Source: Selaginella moellendorffii (lineage: Eukaryota > Plantae > Lycopodiophyta). Taken from it: a stretch of DNA of 64,000 nucleotides. This document shows, piece by piece, positions 23,761 to 37,230 of this stretch. Where the stretch lies: the NCBI RefSeq assembly GCF_000143415.4, contig NW_003314308.1, positions 310,001 through 374,000 on the forward strand, given 5' to 3'. Each line of letters starts with the position of its first letter. Positions within the stretch are counted from its first letter, which is position 1. A program made the translations under genes and the position numbers. The notes below the pieces were generated by a model. That model ran no database searches. It had not been told where the DNA came from and saw only the letters and a program-made list of their open reading frames with translations.

Positions 23761-25201
23761 TCTATACATATAAAGCGATAGTGGGGAGGTTCGCCGGCCG
23801 TTGGATCCCAGGCCCAGGCCAAGGTCAGTAGCCATGGTTGCGAGAAATTTTTCTGGTGTTTGCTCTCGGCCAATAGGAGGTGGCCAAGCTGTGTGGGGTG
23901 GGAGAAGAAGGCACAGCGACATGTGTCACATGCAAGTGTCTTTCCTATCATCATCCAAACTTTTTTTGTTGAGATCTTTTAAATTTTCCTGCAGAAATCG
24001 CCCCGTCGCTCCTGATGTGGAGCGCTGTGGCTTTAGGGAAAGGGCAAGAGAGCGATGCACTCGAGTAAATGGCCAGTGAAGCTGTGGCTCCCGGATCTCC
24101 CAGACAGAGATCTTCCACTCAGAGATCTCCTGCTCAATCGCCACAGCAATCCCCGCAGAAATAGGCACCAGCAGCAGATCCAGAGCTACAGTCTCGCCAC
24201 CGTCACTCCCGGCATGAAGGATCTCCACCCCTGCTTTAGGGAAAGGGCATAGCTCTAGAGGAGAGCGAGTAAATGGCCAGTGAAGCTGTGGCTCCCAGTC
24301 CCCGCGCTTGGCCCTCCCGAGCCCCCAGTGGCAGCAGCTGCGCCTCCACCAGCAACAACAGAGGTGTTGAGAAGAATGCCATGGAGGACGTTTTCTCTGG
24401 ACGAGGGGGGTGGTGCGATGACACTTGGTGGTTTTCAGCCTCCAAAAGACATGGTTTTTACGTTGTCTGATAGGTATTCTTTCATTCTTTCTGACTTTGT
24501 TAGAGTTGAGATGCATTAGTTTTCCTATCATCCCAGTTTTTTTCTTCTGGTTGCGGCCAGGCATGGTTGGCGGGAAATTTTTCTAATGTTAGCCTAGGAG
24601 ACCACCACAGCTCCGGTGCTCATTGGCTCTGAGCGAGGCAAGACAGGCATCGAACATATGTCACCAGTGGTGTCCTGCCCCTGTGCCCGGTCTTTTTAGC
24701 TCGCCCTAGATGCCCTGCTGCAATCGAGTTAACGCTTGCTTGCCGGATCAGTGGCAATCGCAGCAATTGCACTTCTTCTTGCTGAGATCTATGTTCAGCA
24801 TCAGGCCAGCGGCTACTAATTTGGCCCCCAACCACAACAATCTAAATTTTTTTGTGTTTTTGGGTTTGTGGATGCCAAGCAGTAGAGCTGGAGCCAGAGC
24901 TAGCCTTCAACGCAACCAGAACCATTAGAAAGTTTGCAGTCCTTATTCTTCTGCAAGAGAGAACAAGCCCAAGGTGAGTTCTCGAACTTGCAAACCCCAC
25001 CCACCTCTCATGGCTCAAGTGTCATTGTATTCTAAAAAGCATAGGAGGCTTTTTGAGTGCTCACCACACCTTGGCCTATGTCTAGGTTTTGTTGCTTACT
25101 AAATTAGTGTTAATCAAACAGCAAACATAGGTAAACTCAGCAAACCTCTTGAAATGGCATGAAATTTGCCAGCCACCCAGCATTTGTTGGGTAATTGTTA
25201 G
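23761..25201 (+). mobile_element. Non-autonomous Helitron (1441 bp)
   Basis: 5' TCTATACATATAAAG; 3' hairpin ACCCAGCA-TT-TGTTGGGT followed by TTAG (CTAG variant). Inserted between A and T with no TSD; the empty site is at 36941/36942 in the paralogous copy. Confidence 0.88.
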
Positions 25202-25503
25202 TAAGTATATATAGCTGGACTGGCTAAAAAAGAATAGTCATTTAGACAACAATTAATGCAATCATACTTCAAACACCTAGATATCATTCTTAGCTCATGG
25301 TCCCACATTTTTCATGTTGACTTGGCAAGCATGCAAAGAGTTGAGATGGCACGCATGCAAATATATCTGTATAGAGTAGCTATCTAGCTCTCTAGTGAAA
25401 TCCCAATGAATTAATTATAACTTTGTATACAGCTCTCAAATATTCAAACCAACCATATAACCATAATTTTGAACCAAAATAAAAGACTTTAAGAGCTATT
25501 ATA

Positions 25504-28500
25504 TGTGAGACACAAAATCCCTAAGCCCCAAAGTGGAGCTGGAACGGTGCCATGTGGTGGTGGCCAAAGTCAAAACCAAACGAGCGTAACACATTTGGAC
25601 TAAAAGCTCCAACTTGAAAAGGTCGAAAGTGGGAGTGGAACTCCCAACGAAGTGCTCAAGGAATGAGCACAAAGCGAGCAATAAACAAGGCTCCAAAAAG
25701 GGACCCAAAAGGACCAACATATGATACGTGGAAGTGTCCAAGATAGACCCGAGATGGACCCGAGTTGGAGTCCAAAGTGGAGTCTGAAGTGGAGTCCGAG
25801 AAGGACCCAAGATGGATCCGAGATTGAGTCCGAGACGGACCCGAGATGGAGTCCGAGATGGACCCGAGATGGAGTCCGAGATGGACCCGAGATGGAGTCC
25901 GAGATGGAGTCTGAGATGGAGTTCGAGATGGACCCGAGATGGAGTCCGAGATGGAGTCCGAGATGGACTCGAGATCTAGTCCGAGATGGACCTGAGATGG
26001 AGTCCGAGATGGACCCAAGATGGAGTCCGAGATGGAGTCCGAGATGGACCCGAGATGGAGTCCGAAGTCGAGACCGAGACCGGGACCAAGACCAGGACTG
26101 AGACCGGGACCGAGACCGAGACCAAGATCGGGACCGAGCCCGAGCCCGAGTCCGAGTCCGAGTCCGAGTCCAAGTCCGAGTCCGAGTCCGAGTCTGAGTT
26201 CGAGTCTGAGAGGGTGAAAGCCCAAAGCGTTCGTCTCCCAAACCCTGGGGGGTTTGGTGAGCTCCAAAAGTATAGTTGGGGGTTGGAGCCCAGTGGAGCC
26301 AGTTGGGCCAGGAAAGGCCAGTTTGGCCCAGGAAAGGCCAGTTTGGCCCAGGAAGGCCAGACCCAGTGTTGGGTGATGAGCTGACCACTGGGAAGTCCAA
26401 GACTAGAGTGAACACGGACCGACAAGCGGGGTAACTTGGTGAAGTGTTCAAGAGCCGGCTCTAGTTCCCCCGAGAGATCAATTGGCCGATGCTCCCAATC
26501 CAAGTGTGGGTGGCACTACCTACTTGGATACCAGGCATGGCTCAACGGAACCTCGCTCTAAGCCCATGGCTAGAGCACCCAGAGGCGGAAGGCGGGGAGA
26601 GTACCCAGGTGGCTCGCGTAAGGCCATGGTGTTCCGAAATGTTGTCCCAAAGGCCCAAACTGTGGAAAGGAAGAGGAGTAGTCCTCTGGGGTACTGACCA
26701 AGGACACAGTCGTGTGGTGAGGAAGTCCCAGAGGACCGTGGGACTTAGTGGTTAGGCATGTGGGCCTCGATCCAGTGGCAGTTTTGGCAAACACGGCCAA
26801 GGGCAGAAAGGGACTTAGTGGGGACTGACAGAGGGATATTGGGGAAGGCTATTCCCCTTGTCGGTGGGCATCCTAAGGATGCTAAGGAGTGGATCTGAGA
26901 TGACCACTCATGGATGGTTTGCCTAGTCTTGGAGAGCCAAAACTGTGATGCAAGTGGTATTGGACTACCAGTGTGGCAAAGGTGATTGGGTATGGCCTTA
27001 GCGTAACAGGCTGCCATGTCGGTGGTACCTTTGAGTGTCAGTCATGGGATCGGACACGTGGAGCACTTGGACCAAGTGCAAATGTTGAGTGGCATGGATG
27101 CCATTCTTGGGGCTAGCAAGTCCCAAGTCCTGAATTGGACTTATGGAGGTTGTGAATGAGACTCCTCCAAGTGGTCGGTGGTGTGGCTAAGTGATTAAAG
27201 TAGAATGGAAAAATTAGTCGCTTACAACTTGGTATCGGAGCTGTTCCTTAGTCCGACTTTTATTGGTGCTCAAGTATATCACCACTGGTGTTTGCATCGG
27301 AAGGTCCGAAGAGTGGGCCTATCCTTGAGGAGTAGCAGGTCGAGAAGACATGGCTCTCCATTATAGTTCATGTGTGAACTCGTAGGTGAGGTGGTGGATA
27401 GAAAAGGGCCAATAATAGAACGACTTTGGGATCTTGGGAACAATATAAGGGTTTCCTCAGAGAGCTAAGGATGTGATCCAGATGAGTGTTTGACGCAGCA
27501 AATGAGCTAATGTAGTTGTGGTAAACAACTATAGTTGGGATCACGGGAAAGATGCAGACTCCAAAACAATAAAGGAGTCACAAGATTACCTTAATATGGT
27601 TGAGGCTGGTACTCATAAATTTGAGACCGGAATTGTTGACCGTGGGAGGTCAAATACGGAAGAGGACACAAGTCCTTGAAATGGTAGCCAGGGCTAGCTC
27701 TAATAAATGCTGGAACAACCCAAGGAGTTGGGGGTGTACTCAGAGGATGAGTTGGTATTCTCATCATATGGACAAGTGGTCCTAAGGGGCAAAAGGTTGC
27801 CCCAAGAGAACAAATCAAGTGTCGGAGTAACACTTGCAAAGATGGTCCTTGTGAGCAGGACTTGAATACAAGAAGTTGTATTCTAACGAGTTGGCACCTT
27901 GAAGACTAAGACCTCGTAGGTCGTTAGATTAGCAAAGTCTAAAATGCTGGATGACTTAAGTGGAGTCAGGGAATGGCCCTAAGGGATTGGTTGAAACATT
28001 TGGATTGAGGTGTATGGTGCCCCATGAGGTATGGGGAGGATCATAAGATCCAAGGATGAGAATAATAGGTATCTCATTGATGGCAGAATGTGCCATGCTA
28101 AAGTCGTGGGAAAGATGTTCCCAAAAGAAAGCAACTTTGGCCCAGAGTTGGGTGCAAACACTATGGTGCAATGCTAATGGATAATTAGCATAAGAGACAA
28201 CCATATTAGTCTTGGCAAAAAGACCTAGACACAAGTAAAAAGTGTCATAAAGGTAAGCTCGTGGAACCGATGGTGTGGAAACACCGAAGGTGCCAAGGCG
28301 TGCTGCCTTGAGGTTAAGTTGGCGGGTTCATGAGAACCCCGTCCAAAGGAATCCCAATGGAAATGGGAATGGCATAGCCTAAGCTAGAAGGCATGCGGTT
28401 AAAGTGTGGTGACTCAGATAATGATGGAGGTGTGGAAGCACCAGCAATAAGTTGTAGGACTTGACAACTATGAGGAAACTAAACAAAACGTGCAAAATAA

Positions 28501-31500
28501 TTCGTTAAACTGGTAGAAGGTAACTACCTAAGACTTTTATTGGGATACAGGAGTTAGATATACCCTTATAAGGGATAAATTGCTTATGTTGTGACATAGT
28601 AAGTCAATGTCGAAAAGAAAATGCTCATTGTGAGAGAGGCCATCATTGGGACACCCAAACACTCTAGAACACCAGAAAGGGGCATTTGGTGTCATGAGGG
28701 CAATGGATAATGCCCAAGGGACAAAGTCCCTAGCGAATGAAGGATAGGAGGTGCTATCCAAATGTCCAAGGTTGTGGAGATGGGAGGAGTTCGTCTACCC
28801 AAATTAGACAAAGCCAAAAACAGGATTTTGGCAAGGTTAGTGATGGGCATATAAAGGTCCATAAGTAGCAACAGTGATCCCAATGTGTGGGATTACAAGG
28901 TGAGCAAACCCGGATTGAAAAACCACTCCCTAGGCTATCGGGTAGGTTCATCCTTATGAATACTTGCCAAAGCATGGTAGAAAGTGCAAAGTTATCTTCC
29001 TAGTCTGGAGGAGAATAACCGAAGGAAATGTATGAGGCCAAAAGGCAAATAGTATAGAGATAGAACCGAACCATAGGAATTGACAAGCATGACCAAGGGT
29101 GGTTATGCAAGTTGGGAGTGGAGAATCAAATGGGTGCTCAAGCATGTTGTTACTAGCGACTGGGATGCCATGGAGAGTCTAAAGCATGGGATTGTCCATG
29201 TTAAACTATATGGTAATTGGAAAGCTTGCGAAAGGAGAGGTCTTAGCAAGCTAAGGAACAGAGTTCCTTGAACGTTCCCCTAGGTAGATAAGTACCTAGT
29301 CAGCCAAGTATAAATGGTTCATAGAATGCGCGAAATCAGAGTGGCACAACAGAAGCGTGGTCTTGAAGCTTGCCATGAGGCGAGGCTATCAAGGTTGGGG
29401 AAGTAGTTCCCAAGTGTTCAAAGAGAAGGCTTTGAACGAAAGTCAATGGTTAAGGACTTTCACGCTTATGCATGAACCATGTTACGGTGGCCGAATGACT
29501 TGCTAAGTGAGATTGGCAAGTTGGGGGGAATGAATACCCTAGTTGAAGGAGCCAACTTCAAAGGGGTGGCCCAGGGGGCCAAGCATGGAGGAGTCCATAC
29601 ATGATCACAGACATGTCAAGTGAGAGGACTTGGCAGTGCGGAGGAACTAGGTTCCTAAGCTGTGATTTGTAGCGCGCTTTAAATAAAAGTTGGTGCACCA
29701 GCGTGGGGAGTCACGCCAGGCATCCTGGGTGATGCCATCCGTAGATGCATATACGGAGGTTGGGTTCAAGTCCCGACCCTCTAGTGCTTGGGTTCGAGTC
29801 CCAACTCACTAGGGCATGGTGATGGTTTGGAATATGAGGACACTCATATTTCGGTGGTCATAGACTCTCAGTGGGGAGACTGGTTTGGGCACACTGCTAA
29901 GCGAGGGATGCCTCGGAGTCGTGATGCACGGTTAGATTGCTTAGTGTGAAAGCTCGACATATCTAACTTGAACATTTTGGTGCAAGTGGCACCAAGGACG
30001 TGGTGAGTGAGATGGGGACACCTAATCTCAGTTGCTATGAACCCTTGGCCGTAAGGGCTGGCTTGGGTGCACCGCTAAGTATGGGGGATGCCCTCGGGGT
30101 TATGGTCAACAATTTGAAGGTCTAGAAGACCAAATACCTCTTGGCAACTCTGTTAAGGTGCTAAGGTGAGATCACTAGGTTCTAGGTGATCTTATTGCCA
30201 AATAAAGACAAGGTCCTTGGTTGGCTAAAGAATGAAGTTCCTGGTTCAAAATGTTGAATTGAACTGTTTAAGATGGTGTGGCTTGGTCATGATGATCAAG
30301 TGGGAAGAGCACCTAAGGGAAATAAACTATGTCCATGCGATGGCATAGTGAGTCCGAGGAAAGTAGTCTCTATAAGAGACCCATGGGAGGGTCACGAAGT
30401 TGGGCCGTGGATAAAACCCATAGCAGAAGATGCTAAAGAGACGTACTAGGGGTGAACATCCTTCGGACTTAGCAAAGAAGAGTCTTTACTATAGAACCGA
30501 AGGGATACATCAAAAATGGAGGTAGCAATCCTATGTTGCTGGGTGCAACAATCAAGGATAGGAGCAAAGGACTAATGGCCAAGTTTGGGCCATGGAATTT
30601 AATGGAAGGGATCCAAATAGCAAAGTTAGCCAAGGAACACTAATGTGTTTGATGCTAACGGCTTGTGGAAAGGAAGTGGACTTCCAAGGATGGATTCTTA
30701 AGTGTTCCAATTTGGCGAAGTAAAAGCTCCAAGTGAGGGAGCGGCAAAGCAGCCAAAAGATAGGGCCGTGGACAGCCCTAGCACAAATTATGATAACCGA
30801 AACTTAGTGCCAAAGGTGGCACGAAATCGAAGAGAGGATGATGTTGCCCTCGAGTAGAGGACTTCCTAGGATGGGGAAGTGGAGTTGCACAATATGTGCA
30901 ATGCAAGGTGTCAAAGACACCCAGGAAATTAACTTCAAGAAGTCAGAATTAAAAGTTCTAAAGTGCAAGGGTTATATCGGTGGAAATTGAGACTACTCGA
31001 GAATGAGTAGTGGGATTGAGTTAAAGAAGGTGTCTTTAACATGTTTTGCAAAAACTCAACCAATAAAAGGAGAAGACCACCACAAGTGGTCGAATGAGCC
31101 TCTAAGTTGGAGAGGCTATGCTCCTTAGGGGATGGACAAGGAATGGTGAGCCTTTGGTGTCAAACCATAGACAAATATTGGCTGGGTACCAAGGATGGAA
31201 ATGGTAACACGTGCGGGTGTTACTTTATGAAAGGGTTTACTGTTCAATGAGGACATCGAACTTCGTCTATAGGTGGTGGAGTTGTGAGACACAAAATCCC
31301 TAGGCCCCAAAGTGGAGCTGGAACGGTGCCATGTGGTGGTGGCCGAAGTCAAAACCAAACGAGCGTAACACATTTGGACTAAAAGCTCCGACTTGAAAAG
31401 GTCGAGAGTGGGAGTGGAACTCCCAACGAAGTGCTCAAGGAATGAGCACAAAGCGAGCAATAAACAAGGCTCCAAAAAGGGACCCAAAAGGACCAACACA

Positions 31501-33005
31501 TGACACGTGGAAGTGTCCAAGATAGACCCAAGATGGACCCGAGTTGGAGTTCAAAGTGGAGTCCGAAGTGGAGTCCAAGAAGGACCCCGAGGTGGAGTCC
31601 GAGGTGGACCCAACATGGATCCGAGATTGAATCCGAGACGGACCCGAGATGGAGTCTGAGATGGACCCGAGATGGAGTCCGAGATGGAGTCTGAGATGGA
31701 GTCCGAAATGGACTCGAGATGGAGTCCGAGATGGAGTCCGAGATGGACTCGAGATCTAGTCTGAGATGGAGTCCGAGATGGACCCGAGATGGAGTCCGAG
31801 ATGGACCCAAGATGGAGTCCGAGATGGACCCGAGATGGAGTCCAAAGTCGAGACCGAGACCGGGACCAAGACCGGGACCGGGACCGGGACTGAGACCGAG
31901 ACCAAGATTGGGACCGAGCCTGAGCCCGAGCCCGAGTCCGAGTCCGAGTCCGAGTCCAAGTCCGAGTCCGAGTCTGAGTTCGAGTCTGAGAGGGTGAAAG
32001 CCCAAAACGTTCGTCTCCCAGACCCTGGGGGGTTTGGTGAGCTCCAAAAGTATAGTTGGGGGTTGGAGCCCAGTGGAGCCAGTTGGGCCAGGAAAGGCCA
32101 GTTGGGCCAAGAAAGGCCAGTTTGGCCCAGGAAGGCCAAACCCAGTGTTGGGTGATAAGCTGACCACTGGGAAGTCCAAGACTAGAGTGAACACGGACCA
32201 ACAAGCGGGGTAACTTGGTGAAGTGTTCAAGAGCCGGCTTTAGTTCCCCCGGGAGATCGACTGGCCGATGCTCCCAGTCCAAGTGTGGGTGGCACTACCT
32301 ACTTGGATACCAGGCGTGGCTCAACGGAACCTCGCTCTAAGCCCATGGCTAGAGCACCCAGAGGCAGAAGGCGGGGAGAGTACCCAGGTGGCTCGCATAA
32401 GGCCACGGTGTTCCGAAATGTTGTCCCAAAGGCCCAGACTGTGGAAAGGAAGAGGAATAGTCCTCTGGGGTACTGACCAAAGACACAGTCGTGTGGTGAG
32501 GAAGTCCTAGAGGACCGTGGGACTTAGTGGTCAGGCCTGTGGGCCTCGATCCAGTGGCAGTTTTGGCAAACACGGCCAAGGGCAGAAAGGGACTTAGTGG
32601 GGACTGACAGAGGGATATTGGGGAAGGCTATTCCCCTTGTCGGTGGGCATCCTAAGGATGCTAAGGAGTGGATCTGAGATGACCACTCATGGATGGTTTG
32701 CCTAGTCTTGGAGAGCCAAGACTGTGATGCAAGTGGTATTGGAGTACCAGTATGGCAAAGGTGATTGGGCATGGCCTTAGCGTAACAGGCTGCCATGTCG
32801 GTGGTACCTTTGAGTGTCGGTCATGGGATCGGACATGTGGAGCACTTGGACCAAGTGCAAATGTTGAGTGGCATGGATGCCATTCTCGGGGCTAGCAAGT
32901 CCCAAGTCCTGAATTGGACTTATGGAGGTTGTGAATGAGGCTCCTCCAAGTGGTCGGTGGTATGGGTAAGTGACTAAAGTAGAATGGAAAAATTAGTCGC
33001 GTACA
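25504..33005 (+). mobile_element. LTR element B3 (non-autonomous), the best-preserved copy
   Basis: LTRs at 25504-27226 and 31283-33005 (both 1723 bp); PBS TGGTATCGGAGC at 27230; PPT AGGTGGTGGAG at 31271-31281; perfect TSD TTATA (25499-25503 / 33006-33010). Confidence 0.94.
25740..26210 (+). repeat. LTR-internal minisatellite: GAGATGGAGTCC/GAGATGGACCC units followed by GAGACC and GAGTCC hexamers
   Basis: Directly visible; homologous arrays at ~8790-9140, 10447-10990, 16253-16690 and 31520-31990. Confidence 0.95.
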
Positions 33006-34303
33006 TTATAGTCAGTAAAGTACCATTATAACAAACAATACATCATGTCTCTAAATCTATTTATTAATGATCCTCTATCACTAACTCAAACTTAAGACTA
33101 TTACTATTGCACTTTCCCCTTAGTCAATATTTGAGACTTGTGTTAACTTAGACTCATAACCATTATCCTCATCCAACATTGCACATGGGCAGTTAGATTC
33201 ACTCCATTTGTTCCTCTTTATCCCCTCCTTGAAAGAAAAAGAAGTTCTGAAACATTAATTTTGTTTGGACTTGTTATGCTCATCCTCACTCTACTATTTA
33301 TGTTCAACCTCACTCCACTATTGCATCTGTTCAACTTTATTATGTTTGTTTGGACTCACTATGATCGTCTTCACTCCACAATCCATGTCGTTCATTTTTG
33401 CTTCATTACCATATTCACTCATCCTCACTCCATCGTTAGGGTTGACTGTCCTCTCTACCCCCTCTTCTGAAGAAAAAAAAATTTGAAGTGTCAGGGCAGA
33501 AATTGCAAAATAAAAAAAAGTGGATAAAAAAGCATTAGAAGAGGAATTTATAGCAATTGGCAATGCAAAAATGGGAAAATTAAAAGAAGGACATGTGCTT
33601 AAAGCTTGGAAAATAAAAGATTTCCTATCATAAAATATAATCACCATAATATAAGCAAAAAATTCACCCCACTCAACCTTTTCAACACAAAATTCAACAC
33701 TTAAGACAGGAAAATTAATAACAATATTCACACTCTTAAGGGAATACATAAACTCTTTAGTAGTAACAATAAAACAAAAACTCTTAACAACACTCATAAA
33801 TAGGGATATGCATTCAATTTGAAACTCTAACTAAAGTGATTCAACCCTTAGAATAAAAAAATACTAAACACCAGAACTAATCAAAGACTCTACCAATAAA
33901 AAAAAAGCAAGATTTTCAACTTTATGCATACACTCAATATTTAGATTAGTATGAGGATGACAAAAAACACTCAATGCAACAGTAGATTAAAAATGAGAAT
34001 TATCAAAGTCATAAATGATTGACATGCCAAGAGAAGAAAACACTGAAGAAATATTACAAACATGAGAATGTAAATTAAATGGCAGATTTAAAAATTGACA
34101 CTTACTCTATGAAATCTTCAATTCATTTCCAAAATTATCTCCATAATAATTAAATTCTTCATCACAATCCAAAATCCTTGTAAACATCATTTTCTCATAA
34201 ACTCAATCTTCAAACAACTCAACTACATCATCCATAACTTGCTAATTGATGTCACAATCATGCTCTACAATAAAAGATGGCAAAACACCAAGAACATGAC
34301 AAA

Positions 34304-37230
34304 TGACCTTCGTCAGCTTCCTGTGCTCTTGTGCAGCAATGGGACTATAGAGATGTTTGCGTCGATGCAAGGGGATCACAGCATGGATCCAATCCCAGAG
34401 CACTATGGCTGGGTGGTGTGGTGTGGGCATCTGCTGAGGCGCTCGTGATTGCCATGGAGCCCAGTGTCGAGCAGTGGACGAGCTTGCTCAATGCGTGCAC
34501 ACTCCACTTGGATCCAGCGCAAGTCACCTAAAGTGTGTCATAGGATAAGGGGGCGATGGCTGTAGCTTCATCAAAGCCGTGCCCGAATATCGCATGGAAG
34601 AGTTCGATCGTGTCGCCCGGCAGCCCGGGATCTGCTGGCGCAAGATCATAGTCAGCGTTCTTTTAATTAGAGCTCCAAGAGCTCCAAAGATCATCCACAC
34701 AGGTAACCTTAGCAAGGCGGCAGCTTTGGATGGATCAGGTGATCCTAAGGCATGGCTGAGTTCGTGGCGAGCATGACGACGTTCAAGAAGAGGGTGAACT
34801 CGAGCTTCAAGCCCAGGACGAGGCCACCTCGAGCTCGATCACTCGAGAGCCATTCAGTAAATGGATTGCTCCGAGACGCTCGAGTGCGAACTTAAGGAGC
34901 TCGAGAGGCGATCTCGAGGACATGAGTAGCGAGGTCCTAGGTAGAGTGAGGTGCCTGGGAGTGCCGATTCTCGGTCACCGAGGCGGCGTCTCGAGCTTGA
35001 GAGAACAAGTTGAGGAACTGGAGATCCATACGAGGGAGGAACTCTAACTCAGCGACGACCTTGTAGCAATTTGGCACTCAAGAGGAGGAGAAAGCAATTT
35101 GGTGCTGCATCGACCTGACAACTATCACATATGGCATGAGAGATTCTTCGCCAGACAATGTTTGCGCTATAAACTGGTCCTCTCCAGACGTTTGAGAGCG
35201 TACATCTGCCTGTTTTGTGATTGCCTCACAAACACCTCACAAATCAATCGGCACGGAAAACCAAGCCCAGCGGCTTTGAAAATCCTAGGAACTGATGCTA
35301 GGAGTGCGGCTGGAGCGGACAACTCTTTGGTTACGTCAGTAGCTACAAAAGGCTGCCAAGAAAACCATCGTGAAAAAATTAAAATGGTGCAGCTGGAATA
35401 GCCTAGACAAACAAAAGCACTCTAGACTAGCATCACCAAATGGTGTTGTAGTTATCTGTCTGAACAAGTCCACCTAACTAGACCTAGCCATCAACTGCAG
35501 CAGTGACCATTTCTCACTTTACACGTGAGTCATACGTCGAAGCATTTTGCAAAAATCTGCTTTCGAGATCCGGATCTGGAAAATGGGAAGCAGATATTTG
35601 CAAGATGCATCGATAGTTTGTATATGGAACCGGTGCTGCCTTCTATTCAGCTTTGGTTTGACATGGTGCCATGATTTGTCCTTAAATGATTTTCCTGAAG
35701 GAGCTGTGAGCTAGAGTAATTTTCATATTGTGACAACAATGCTCTAATGCACACCAAGAAGATCACTCTAGCTCACAATGACTCCAAGAAAATCACCTTC
35801 ATCGCACGGACAAATCATGACATCATGTCAAGCTGGATTGAAGGTATCACTTGTTTAATATGCAAACTATCATGCAGCTTGTGTTTGTAGCTGATAAAGA
35901 CTGCTGCGTCGCTACTATTTATCTACATGGACTAATGTATATGTCATAGGATGCTGATTTTGTCTTCGTACATGCTGCCCAGCTGGTTGATTTCTTGCTA
36001 TTTGATTCTTGTTTCGCTTTCGTTGGAGCAGTCCGGAAATCAGCAAGAGAAACGTGGGATCCGGCATATCTCAATTGTTCGAATCTTTGCGAGTATATAA
36101 CCAAGTGCGCTTGCCTCTCCAAAAGCATCCTCTGTTTCGCTATGGCTCAGTCTATCAAGTTTGCTCCTCTCATTGCGCTGCTCCTTTGCATTGCTGTCAC
36201 TGCTGAAGTGCTTGATCTTCCAGGCGATTTTTTCTTTGTCGATGGAGCAGCCAGCCGACCGTCTGAATGCAGGCCCAACTCGCAGTGCTGCCCAAACAGC
36301 AAATTCTGTCCCAAGGGCAAATACTGCACCGTTTGCACGAGGAGCAATCCGCCTTCGTGCTTTTGCACGAAGGCCCCTCCAAACTGCGGAGTAGGCAGTA
36401 GCTGCTGCAGTGACGGGGACTGCCCAAAGGGAAAAGAATGCAGCGTATGCACTAAATCGTTCCCACCTATTTGTCGCTGTGGCCCTAAGCCTAAGCTCGT
36501 TCTTGTTTCCGAGTGAAGCAGGCTATCAAGTGTGTGATGGTCAACCCTGTTGACTGTGTAATAAAAGATCTTCCATAATGATAATGTGTGGCTATGTTTA
36601 TAGTTGTCAATGGAGCAGGTTATAGATTTTGAGCTTCGGATAGATTGCTTTCTGCTAGTTTTCTATCTGTCTTCCTTCGGAAGGGATGGAACAAAGGGTT
36701 GAGCTCTTAAAGTTAACACAGTCAATCATTGTCAATAAATGGCTTGAAAGTTGGACTACTATTCTAGGAAACACTCTTCAAAATGCTTCCAAGACTTCCC
36801 ATTTCCAAGGCTTCCCATTGGTTGGAGACCAGATCATTCCATCGGTTGATCCATGTTTCTTTTCAATCGCACTTTGTTTGCTCATATCTTATATCTTACT
36901 TGTATATGGATGCTCTCAACAAACAATCTCAATGGTTTAAATAAGTAGATATAGCTGGACTAGCTAAAAAAGAATAGTCATTTAGACAACCATTAATGCA
37001 ATCATACTTCAAACACCTAGATATCATTCTTAGGTCATGGTCCCACACTTTTCATGCTGACTTGGCAGGCATGCAGAGAGTTGAGGTGGCACGCATGCAA
37101 ATATATCCAAATATATGTAAAAGGTAGCTATCTAGCTCTCTAGTACACGTCATGTCTGCTCTTTTACACTGACCTGGCATGCATGCAGAGATGTTGAGTT
37201 GGCACACATGCATTCACCTCCTAAATCCCA
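34304..37230 (+). repeat. Segmental duplication, copy 2 (PPR remnant 34304-34530, foldback 35601-35881, BBI gene)
   Basis: Matches 21128-23760 plus 25202-~25400; no Helitron. Confidence 0.92.
36142..36516 (+). CDS. BBI: Secreted double-headed Bowman-Birk protease inhibitor, copy 2 (124 aa)
   Basis: Same architecture as copy 1; loops CTRSNPPSC and CTKSFPPIC. Confidence 0.92.
   Translation: MAQSIKFAPLIALLLCIAVTAEVLDLPGDFFFVDGAASRPSECRPNSQCCPNSKFCPKGKYCTVCTRSNPPSCFCTKAPPNCGVGSSCCSDGDCPKGKECSVCTKSFPPICRCGPKPKLVLVSE

Larger units (their letters stand above)
21128..25408 (+). repeat. Segmental duplication, copy 1 (PPR remnant, foldback, BBI gene and 3' flank; contains the Helitron)
   Basis: Near-identical to 34304-~37230 (offset 13176 bp at the left edge) once 23761-25201 is removed. 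Confidence 0.92.

Noticed and set aside
8485-32282. Many long Ser/Pro/Arg/Gly-Leu ORFs on both strands within the B-family LTRs
   Set aside because: They arise from the stop-poor 6/12-bp arrays; the frames are not conserved between LTR copies.
33011-34303. A-rich, strand-biased sequence, possibly an old LINE remnant
   Set aside because: No diagnostic RT or endonuclease motif could be read.
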